The notes below the pieces were generated by a model. It saw only the letters and a program-made list of their open reading frames with translations. It was not told where the DNA came from and searched no databases. From Bacteroidota bacterium (GTDB taxonomy: Bacteria; Bacteroidota; Bacteroidia; Bacteroidales; FEN-979): a stretch of DNA of 64,000 nt. The first letter of the stretch is position 1; every line of letters starts with the position of its first letter. Both the position numbers and the translations under genes were made by a program. Positions 56,715-64,000 of the stretch are shown here, in pieces. The stretch lies in contig JAPLDI010000023.1 of assembly GCA_026391795.1 (NCBI GenBank), positions 66,269 to 130,268 of the forward strand. The letters run 5' to 3'.

Positions 56715-59700
56715 TCAGTTCATCCCATTGATAGAGCACAGCGCCTGACAAGCAGCGGGCAGGAAGATCATTGTAACAGTACTTTTCGGCCATGCAGTTA
56801 TCGCGCTGGTGAGTGGATCCGGAAACCTGGGAACCGTAATTCAGATTGGCGGCGAACCAGCATTGGGTTCCGATCTGGATCGTAGGGTAACTTATATTGT
56901 CACGTATATCCGTTACCGGGTTCCCGCAAGTAAAAGGCGAAGATGCTTGATTGATAATACGGGCAGTGGCAAGAGCGGTACACAGTGCCGCATTCGTTGA
57001 CGTATAGGTAACCGTGTGTGTTCCCATACCCGCGAGGGATGGCGAAAAGACTCCGGTTACCGGATTTACCCCGGGACCTGAGTAGATTCCTCCCAGCGGG
57101 ATCCCGCCTTTCAGTTTGAAAGGTTTTGCATTCAAGGTTGTTACCGTATCGAAACAAGGTGTAAAGGTAACCACCGGGTTGCTTTCCACAGTCATAGTGA
57201 GGGTATTGCTTATGGCCGGATTTCCTGAAGAACAGGTAAGTGATGAGTTCAGACGACAGGAAATATTGTCGTTGTTGGACGGGGAGTAGGTATACACCGG
57301 GTTATCAGACCCGACGTCAGTCCCGTTTACTTTCCACTGGTACGAGGAAGAGAGCCCTCCATTAAAAGGGGTTGCAGTAAATGTTGCCGGGATTCCTTCG
57401 CAGACAGGGTTTTTTGATGCAGCGATGGTGACACTCACCGGCAGGTTTACGTTGACATTCATGATAATTGTATTGCTGGATGCAGGGTTCCCGGATGTAC
57501 AGGTCAGGCTGGATGCCAGGGAACAGGAGATGGCATCAAGATTGGCCGGAGTGAATGTAAAAAAGTGGCTGTTGATACCGGTGCTTACCCCGTTTACTTT
57601 CCAGTCGAGGATGGGCAAACTCCCTTCATTTAACCCGGTTGCATTGAATACAACCGACGTCCCGGAACAAACGGGGTTTGCCGCAGCAGCGATGGAAACA
57701 GTGACAGGCTGGTTTGGGTTGACATTCATTACAATGGTGTTGCTGGTGGCTGGGTTCCCGGATGTACAGGTCAGGTTGGATGTCAGTATACAGGTGACGG
57801 CGTCATTGTCTGCCGGCAGATAGGTCAGTACCGGTGAATTTGTTCCCGCTGCACCCCCGTTCACTTTCCAGTTGTAGAGAGGGTTGTTCCCTCCATGGGT
57901 ACCTGTTGCGAAAAATGTCACCGCTGTACCTGCACAGACAGGATTTGCCGATTCTGAGACCGAAACGGTGACAGGCAGGTTGGGGTTGACCGTCATGATC
58001 ACGGCAGGACTGGTTGCCGGATTGCCGGATGTGCAGGTCAGGTCGGAAGTTAGCAAACAGGAGACAGCATCATTATCGGCTGGCATATAGGTGAATGAGG
58101 GTGAATTTGTTCCCTGGCTGATGCCGTTTACCTTCCACAGGTAAACGGGAAAATTCCCTTCGTTTAGCGGGTATGCAGTAAACGTAACCTGGGAGCCTGA
58201 ACAAACGGGGTTTACGTCAGGGGCAACAGTGACGCTTACCGGGAGATTTGTGCTGACGGTCATGGTCACCGTATTTGAGATCGCAGGATTGTTTGTAACG
58301 CAAATGGTTTCAGAAGAAGTGAGCAAACATGTTACCTGGTCATTGTTGGAAGGGGTATAGGTGAATGCCGGACTGTTTGTACCGGCGATCGTGCCATTGA
58401 CTTTCCAAAGATAAACAGGACTGTTTCCTTCGTGGTTTGGTGTCGCAGTAAACAGGACAGGGATGCCCGCGCAGGCCGGGTTGACCGAGGGTGAAACCGT
58501 GACGCTGACATCGTTGATCGTATTGACGATCATGGAAATCACGTTGGATGTTGCCGGATTATTTATAACACAGGAAGAGATGGAAGATGCCAGGATGCAC
58601 ATGACCAGGTCCCCGTTTTGCGGAGCATAGGTATAGGTCGGCATGCCTGTACCTGCATTCCCCCCGTTGACCTTCCATTGATACAAAGGGGAGAGCCCTC
58701 CGCTTGTGGGTGTTGCCGTAAAAGTAACCTGGGTTCCTTCACAAATATTATTACCGGAGGCCGATATGGATACTTTTACGGAATCTGCCGGGGTCACTGT
58801 TACAACATAGGGTAAGGGAGTGCCGGTACAGCCCAGGTAGGAGGGGGTGATAAAATAGGTTACCGTTTCATTGCTCGTATTTGAATTCGTCAGCTGCTGG
58901 TTTATTGTGTTCCCAAATCCGCCGGAATAACCGGAAACGAATCCCGAAGAGCCTGTTGCAGTCCATGAAAAGGAAGGATTAGGTACGTTTGAGGTTAAGC
59001 TTATGTTCGTAAAATTTCCGGAACAGATCGTTTTGGAAGGAGGAAAATTTGTGACGACAGGAGTCGGGGTGGTGGAAAGTTGCACGGTATCTGTTGCCTG
59101 GCAACCGTTTGCGTTTGTGACGGTTACCTTATAGGTACCGGCCTGGCTAGTCGTGAATGTCCGTCCTGTTCCTACCGGTAAGCCTGTACCCAGGTCTACC
59201 CAGAGGTAGGTACAACCCGCACAGGCCCCCGCGTCAAAAGTGATGGATTGTCCCTGGCATACCGTTGTGTCCGGTCCCAGGTTAACCGGAATAACAGAAT
59301 ATAAAGAAATCGTAATTGCATCGTTTGCACTGCAACCTGTTTTCGTAACAGTCACCGAATAGGCCCCTGCCGATACGCTGATCGTTCTTGTTGTTGCCCC
59401 GGTTGACCAGAGGTACGTTGTAAATCCGCCCCCGGCGTCGAGGGTTGTGGAGGTTCCCGGGCAGATGCTCCGGTCGGGGCCAAGGTTCACGGTGGGGACG
59501 GGCCCGATCACAATAGTCTTGCAGAGGCTTACCTGGTCGGGAAGACCTTCATTTACCAGCAGCCTTACATTGTATGTGCCGGGAGTGTTATATGAAAATG
59601 GCGGCGGAGTGAAGAGAATTGACGATGGAACCGAAGAATTTGTGCAGGGAGGAAAAGTCAGCCTTGTAAGGGTATTTGATCCCCTGTTTGTAATGTATGC

Positions 59701-60747
59701 AAAGAGAGTATCATTCTGACGGAAGATTTCGGAGAAGCAATGCGGCCGGTTAAGGTTCCCGATATTACCAATAACCTGTCCGGTAACTGTTCCGGCTATT
59801 CCTCCATCAAAAGTTAACTTTCCTAATTCACCGTTTGGAATGTAGTTTAAATAGTATCCGCTGGTCAGATCACAATCTCTTAAAATGGCAAGCCCGATTT
59901 GCTGGTTAGCACCGCCAGGATTACCCAGATTTTCCGCCGTTGGTGTATTCATTAAAGAACTTCCGAAAGTAAACCTTGCAAGTGTCATGTTCCCCGCAGT
60001 GACCATCATATACCACAACGAATTTTCCTGAACAATACAAATCGGACCGGGAGAAAATAAAACGCCAAAGTTGCCAAAATTTTGGAGGGTAGGGGTATTC
60101 GCCAGGCTTGTTCCGAAATTCAGCCGGTAGAAGATATTAGCAACTGAACAGGTCCCAAATCCCAGCCACGTATTTCCTTCTTTAATAATCGCAAGGCCAT
60201 GTGCCATGTTGAAAATTGGAAAAGGACCAATATTGACTGCAGTTGGAGTGTTATTTAAAGAAGCACCAAAATCTAACCGCACAATGGTAGTGTTGTTACA
60301 AACAAACCCATACCAGTTTCCATTATCTTTCTTTACCTGGATCCCTTCGATGTTGTTGCCAAGTATACCAAAGGTGCCAAGGTTTGTCCAGCTGACCGGA
60401 TCGTGACTGAATGATACGCCGTGATAATATCGAATAATGCCCGCAAATTGACAGCTAATAAAGGAATAGCAGTCATCTCCATCTTTGGCAAGGGTTAGAT
60501 ATGTTGGAACATCCAGTAACCCTCCATAATTACCAATGTTTACGCCTGTTGGATTTGAATTCGTGTTACCGGAGCAGAAATTCCAATAGTAAGTCGATCC
60601 TCCGGTTGTTAAGTTTGTGATGGTTATCGGGGCTCCGACACAGCTGGAGTCGGGCAGTGTGAAATTCACAACAGGCTGTCCGTTGAGGGTAATTTCAACC
60701 CCCAATAGAAAGGCTAAAACCTGTGATAAAAAAAGTGCTTTTTTCAT
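56665..60747 (-). CDS. Large repeat-rich surface protein (beta-propeller-like N-domain, PKD/Ig-like modules, truncated FISUMP domain)
   Basis: Start set at ATG 60747 (MKKALFLSQVLAFLLG), because the longer ORF would overlap the tmRNA. Six tandem ~89-aa modules (C.G..VTFTA...Y.WKVNG...D...C). No T9SS CTD seen. Confidence 0.8.
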   Translation of the reverse strand: MKKALFLSQVLAFLLGVEITLNGQPVVNFTLPDSSCVGAPITITNLTTGGSTYYWNFCSGNTNSNPTGVNIGNYGGLLDVPTYLTLAKDGDDCYSFISCQFAGIIRYYHGVSFSHDPVSWTNLGTFGILGNNIEGIQVKKDNGNWYGFVCNNTTIVRLDFGASLNNTPTAVNIGPFPIFNMAHGLAIIKEGNTWLGFGTCSVANIFYRLNFGTSLANTPTLQNFGNFGVLFSPGPICIVQENSLWYMMVTAGNMTLARFTFGSSLMNTPTAENLGNPGGANQQIGLAILRDCDLTSGYYLNYIPNGELGKLTFDGGIAGTVTGQVIGNIGNLNRPHCFSEIFRQNDTLFAYITNRGSNTLTRLTFPPCTNSSVPSSILFTPPPFSYNTPGTYNVRLLVNEGLPDQVSLCKTIVIGPVPTVNLGPDRSICPGTSTTLDAGGGFTTYLWSTGATTRTISVSAGAYSVTVTKTGCSANDAITISLYSVIPVNLGPDTTVCQGQSITFDAGACAGCTYLWVDLGTGLPVGTGRTFTTSQAGTYKVTVTNANGCQATDTVQLSTTPTPVVTNFPPSKTICSGNFTNISLTSNVPNPSFSWTATGSSGFVSGYSGGFGNTINQQLTNSNTSNETVTYFITPSYLGCTGTPLPYVVTVTPADSVKVSISASGNNICEGTQVTFTATPTSGGLSPLYQWKVNGGNAGTGMPTYTYAPQNGDLVMCILASSISSCVINNPATSNVISMIVNTINDVSVTVSPSVNPACAGIPVLFTATPNHEGNSPVYLWKVNGTIAGTNSPAFTYTPSNNDQVTCLLTSSETICVTNNPAISNTVTMTVSTNLPVSVTVAPDVNPVCSGSQVTFTAYPLNEGNFPVYLWKVNGISQGTNSPSFTYMPADNDAVSCLLTSDLTCTSGNPATSPAVIMTVNPNLPVTVSVSESANPVCAGTAVTFFATGTHGGNNPLYNWKVNGGAAGTNSPVLTYLPADNDAVTCILTSNLTCTSGNPATSNTIVMNVNPNQPVTVSIAAAANPVCSGTSVVFNATGLNEGSLPILDWKVNGVSTGINSHFFTFTPANLDAISCSLASSLTCTSGNPASSNTIIMNVNVNLPVSVTIAASKNPVCEGIPATFTATPFNGGLSSSYQWKVNGTDVGSDNPVYTYSPSNNDNISCRLNSSLTCSSGNPAISNTLTMTVESNPVVTFTPCFDTVTTLNAKPFKLKGGIPLGGIYSGPGVNPVTGVFSPSLAGMGTHTVTYTSTNAALCTALATARIINQASSPFTCGNPVTDIRDNISYPTIQIGTQCWFAANLNYGSQVSGSTHQRDNCMAEKYCYNDLPARCLSGAVLYQWDELMQYGSPGSDQGFCRSQ

Positions 60748-60855
60748 TAGTTCCCGGGAAAGCGAAGAATTTCTTACATCTTGCACGTGCCTATCAAAAA
60801 TACGAAATTGTTTTAAATCAACAACTTTACTGCAGATTATGTTTGAAAGGTTAAG

Positions 60856-60882
60856 AAAAAAAAAGCTGCCTGAAATGGCAGC
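60856..60882 (-). terminator. Rho-independent terminator of ssrA
   Basis: On the minus strand, stem gctgcc/ggcagc with a 6-nt loop is followed by 9 T. It lies 16 nt after the tmRNA 3' end. Confidence 0.75.
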
Positions 60883-60897
60883 CTTGAACTTCTGATG

Positions 60898-61267
60898 TGG
60901 AGTTGGAGGGAGTCGAACCCTCGTCCAAACAAGCAGCAAAATTGTTTTCTACATGCTTAGTTTCCGTTTGGTTGTCGGAAACAGGCCGGCCGGAAACGGG
61001 CCTACCTGAAACTTAGTTCCTTATTTTTCATCCGGCCAGCGGAACCCTGGCAGGACCATCTCAACATTTGCGATGCCCCGTCCGGAACACCGTTGAGAAA
61101 GGTTTTCCGGGGGACAAGAGGCACTTAATTTCTAAAATTAAGCAGCCAGTCTGTAAGAATAATTGTCGCCATTTATTGGCTGTGGGAATTGACTTTTTAC
61201 GGGACCTGTTCCCAACGCCCGGCATGCTTGCAATTCCACTTCCTTGCTGTCAAATCCGGTCAACCCC
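60898..61267 (-). ncRNA. ssrA: tmRNA
   Basis: 5' GGGGTTGACCGGATTTGACAGC pairs with 3' ..CAACTCCA, including G3:U70. T-arm GAGGG-TTCGACT-CCCTC, GCATGCCGGG...CCCGTAAAAAG. Tag ORF 61138-61170 encodes GDNYSYRLAA*. CCA is not encoded. Confidence 0.93.
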
Positions 61268-61294
61268 GAAGTTTTCCTGTAAAGGAAGAGGATG

Positions 61295-61302
61295 CAAAGA
61301 TA
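61295..61302 (-). promoter_or_regulatory. -7 promoter motif TATCTTTG upstream of ssrA
   Basis: Matches TAnnTTTG 27 nt upstream of the mature tmRNA 5' end, implying a short RNase P-processed leader. Confidence 0.4.
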
Positions 61303-61318
61303 CGAAAAAACCGTGGAA

Positions 61319-62302
61319 TCAGAAATCCAGGAGTTTGCTTACGAAAGCGGATACGTCATAATCGGTATTGAAGATCTTGTACAATTCGGCGATGATCGGG
61401 AATTCCTTCCTGACATCAAGGATCTTTGAGATCTCCTCGTAGAATACATTAACCGCTACTTTCCCCTCAAGAACGAGTTCATTTGATACATGTTCGGTAA
61501 AGAACCCTTTGCCGATCAGCAATCCCAGTGTCCTGTTCCGGCTGAGATCGTTCAGGGCGGTCAGGGTAAAGTCGCCGTATCCGCAATAGTTGAAAATGGT
61601 CTCTTCCTTCCCGTCGAACTGAAGGAGGATCTTGCGCATTTCATTGAAAGCCTTTGTCAGGATCAGGAACCGGATGTTCGGGGAGTTGAAATGAGCGTCG
61701 ACAATGCCAAGGCAGATGGCATAAATGTTCTTGAGGATGCTCAGCATCTCAACGCCTTCGATGTCATCAGAACGGTCTATAAAGATGGATGTTCCCTGAA
61801 ACACGGCACTGAGTTTGTCACCGGCAGCCCGGTCAGCGGAGCCGATCGTAAAACCAGTTGGTACCCTGTTGATGATTTCCCGTGCAAAACTGGGGCCTTT
61901 CATCGAACACAAAGGATTTGGATAGCTCTCCTTCAGGCAATGAACAATGGTTTTGTGTTCCGAACCAAACCCCTTTGCAAGGTTGACCAGGGTTGCACCC
62001 GGGGGAATATGCGACCGTATGCCTGCCACATAATCCATCAGCACGACCGAGGGAATGGCCAGGAAGATGATGTCTGAATCGCTGATGAGTTCTGTATCAC
62101 AGGTTGCTTTTAATGACGGATGAAGATGAAGGGTCGGAAAATACCGGGTGTTGATCCCTTCTGAATTTATCGAGTTTACCACCTGTTCCTCGATGGATAA
62201 AAGCCTTACCCTGTGAGTTTCAGTCTCTGCAATGATGTTGCCCAGGGCGGTACCGATCGTACCCGCACCGATAAAGGAAATATTCAGATGATTTTTTGCC
62301 AT
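61319..62302 (-). CDS. NAD(P)-dependent glycerol-3-phosphate dehydrogenase-like oxidoreductase
   Basis: 327 aa. Rossmann motif ISFIGAGTIGTALG, with length and layout like GpsA, but divergent. Confidence 0.5.
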   Translation of the reverse strand: MAKNHLNISFIGAGTIGTALGNIIAETETHRVRLLSIEEQVVNSINSEGINTRYFPTLHLHPSLKATCDTELISDSDIIFLAIPSVVLMDYVAGIRSHIPPGATLVNLAKGFGSEHKTIVHCLKESYPNPLCSMKGPSFAREIINRVPTGFTIGSADRAAGDKLSAVFQGTSIFIDRSDDIEGVEMLSILKNIYAICLGIVDAHFNSPNIRFLILTKAFNEMRKILLQFDGKEETIFNYCGYGDFTLTALNDLSRNRTLGLLIGKGFFTEHVSNELVLEGKVAVNVFYEEISKILDVRKEFPIIAELYKIFNTDYDVSAFVSKLLDF

Positions 62303-62328
62303 AAGGAACTCTTCAGGATCTTTGGATT

Positions 62329-64000
62329 TTATCTTTCCAAGGGTAAAATTATAGAAAAACTGGCTCCCTTCTTGTTCTCAACCTTTAATTTCCCGTGCAA
62401 CTCGCCGGTCAGGAGACGAATGATAGTGCTTCCCATGGAGGTCCGTTGGGTAATGTCAAAACCGGGAGGCAATCCGATTCCATCATCCCTTACCGTTAAA
62501 CACCTCATTTCTGTCCCGTTTTTCTTCGTAGCCGCTTTTTTATAGGTCACCCATATGTTCCCATTCCTGTTGCCGGGGAAAGCATATTTAAAGGCATTTG
62601 TCAATAATTCATTCACGATCAGTCCCAATGGAAGCGTTATCTCCACTTCCACGGGCTCATCGTATACGCTCTGGTGGATTTCAACAGTTTTGGTAGTGAA
62701 GGCTGAAGAAACAATCCGAACGAGATTCGATAAATAGTTGCCAATGGGCAGGATTTTAATGTTCTGGCTCCTGTATAGCTGGTCGTGAACAAGTGCCATT
62801 GCTTTTACACGAAACTGCAGGTCAGAAAAAACCTCCAGCGTTTTGGAATCGGTAAATTCACTCTTTTGCATATTTACAAGTCCGGTCAGGATGGCCAGGT
62901 TGTTTTTTACCCGGTGATGGACTTCCCGTATCAGCATCTCTTTTTGCCTGTCCTGCTCCATCCATGCCTCTTCCTTGACCACATGCGAGGAAACGTCTCT
63001 TGTGATGGAAAGCATCGCTTTCAGTTTTCCCGAAGATGTTTCAAATACCGGGTTGATGTTGCTTTCAACCCAGAAAGCGGAGCCATCCTTCCGGATTACC
63101 TGGTAGATAATCCGAAGTGAGTCACCAAACTCAATCATGCTTTCAATCGCCTTTGCAAACGAATTCCTCGATTCGGGATGGATAAGTTCCCGGTAATCCT
63201 GCAACTCCACAAGTTCCTCAGGTGAATATCCCAGGAATAGCTGGCTGGAAGGCGATACATATAAACATTTAAAAGTACTGTCCATCAGGCTTATCAGGTC
63301 GGCTGAATGATCGGCCAGGAACCGGTACTCCTGCTCCCTTCTGCTTAATTCTTCATTCTGAATTACCTGTTCCCTGATCTCCACCTGCAGTTGCGCATTT
63401 TTTTTCTCAACCAGTTTCTTTTCTTTAATCTTTCTGACCAGGGCGCGTCCAGCAACTATCAGAAAGGAAATTACCAGTAAAGAAAGGCTTAATAATGCCA
63501 ATACAAGCAGTTTCTTATTTTGCACCTCAAGCTTCTGGATGAAGTTTTGTGCTTTTAATGCAGAAGTCTCTTTTTCATTTTGACTGATGATGCGATTGGT
63601 CTCCAGCGTGGCGATCAATAATTTGTTGTCTTCATCATTGACACGATCCTTGTAAACAATAAACTTTTCAAAGTTGGCCAGTGCAGGTACAATGTTGTTT
63701 TTCCTCTTATAAAATACATAAAGTGCCCCGTATCCCTTCTTCAGCAGATAGTTTTTTTTCAGCTCCTCTGCCATTGAAATCCCCTTCTCCAGGTAGAGTT
63801 GTGCCGAATCCTGCTGCCCCATCAACAGGTAGGTGTTGCCAATGTTCAGCAAGGAGCTCGCAACCTGTTCATCCTGGTGGTTGCCCAGGCGGTACGACAA
63901 TGCAATTTTATGATAATCCAGGGTTTGCTGTAAATCCTTTTCCTCTTCGTAGATGTTGGCTATTAACGTATAAAGAGAGCCAATATGAACCGGCTGATCC
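62329..64000 (-). CDS. Sensor histidine kinase (TPR - TM - PAS - HisKA_2 - HATPase), 5' end off window
   Basis: The frame stays open past the TTG at 63900 to the window edge (TPR-like ..LYTLIANIYEEEKDLQQTLDYHKIA). HHRVKNNLAIL is the H-box. NELLTNAFKYAF and DDGIGLP. Confidence 0.85.
   Translation of the reverse strand, partial: DQPVHIGSLYTLIANIYEEEKDLQQTLDYHKIALSYRLGNHQDEQVASSLLNIGNTYLLMGQQDSAQLYLEKGISMAEELKKNYLLKKGYGALYVFYKRKNNIVPALANFEKFIVYKDRVNDEDNKLLIATLETNRIISQNEKETSALKAQNFIQKLEVQNKKLLVLALLSLSLLVISFLIVAGRALVRKIKEKKLVEKKNAQLQVEIREQVIQNEELSRREQEYRFLADHSADLISLMDSTFKCLYVSPSSQLFLGYSPEELVELQDYRELIHPESRNSFAKAIESMIEFGDSLRIIYQVIRKDGSAFWVESNINPVFETSSGKLKAMLSITRDVSSHVVKEEAWMEQDRQKEMLIREVHHRVKNNLAILTGLVNMQKSEFTDSKTLEVFSDLQFRVKAMALVHDQLYRSQNIKILPIGNYLSNLVRIVSSAFTTKTVEIHQSVYDEPVEVEITLPLGLIVNELLTNAFKYAFPGNRNGNIWVTYKKAATKKNGTEMRCLTVRDDGIGLPPGFDITQRTSMGSTIIRLLTGELHGKLKVENKKGASFSIILPLER

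Noticed and set aside
60748-60939. N-terminal extension of the adhesin ORF to 60939.
   Set aside because: It would overlap the tmRNA 3' end and its terminator. The internal ATG at 60747 gives a proper signal peptide.
61068-61371. Two plus-strand ORFs (97 and 60 aa).
   Set aside because: They lie on the opposite strand of the tmRNA gene and its promoter, so they are spurious.

Overview
This is a chromosomal segment of a Bacteroidota-type genome. The evidence is a T9SS C-terminal sorting domain, a GldB-like lipoprotein, FISUMP domains, recurrent TAnnTTTG -7 promoter motifs and the Bacteroidota-style dcw gene order. There are about 55 protein genes, mostly housekeeping: alaS, nadE, Mrp/NifU Fe-S carriers, yifB/comM, envelope proteins and glycosyltransferases. 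A minus-strand cell-division cluster, mraZ-rsmH-ftsL-ftsI-murE-mraY-murD(fragment)-ftsW-murG-murC-ftsQ-ftsA-ftsZ-yqeY, spans 27.3-42.7 kb and has a textbook triple MraZ box. There is one tmRNA (60898-61267). I saw no tRNA, rRNA, CRISPR array, transposase or defence genes. The accessory-looking part is 42.9-60.7 kb. It holds an FG-GAP/T9SS protein, a sigma-54 activator without an HTH next to an HMA-AraC protein, an ECF sigma module with two polyproline Spy/CpxP-like proteins, and a 1360-aa repeat adhesin. Three things stand out. (i) A six-gene cluster at 49.2-56.4 kb: PqqD-like small protein, ATP-grasp ligase, PLP decarboxylase, a urea-transporter-like/M23 fusion, an outer-membrane barrel and a TPR protein. 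I cannot assign it to any described pathway, and it is my best candidate for an undescribed system. (ii) Heptanucleotide tandem arrays are pervasive. They often form inverted arms in intergenic gaps and are twice inserted in frame into CDSs (alaS, geranylgeranyl reductase). (iii) Three genes look lesioned: murD lacks about 260 N-terminal codons, the adhesin has a broken C-terminal FISUMP domain, and a GNAT-like gene has an internal gap. All family calls come from motif recognition by eye. No searches were run. ORF coordinates include the stop codon.
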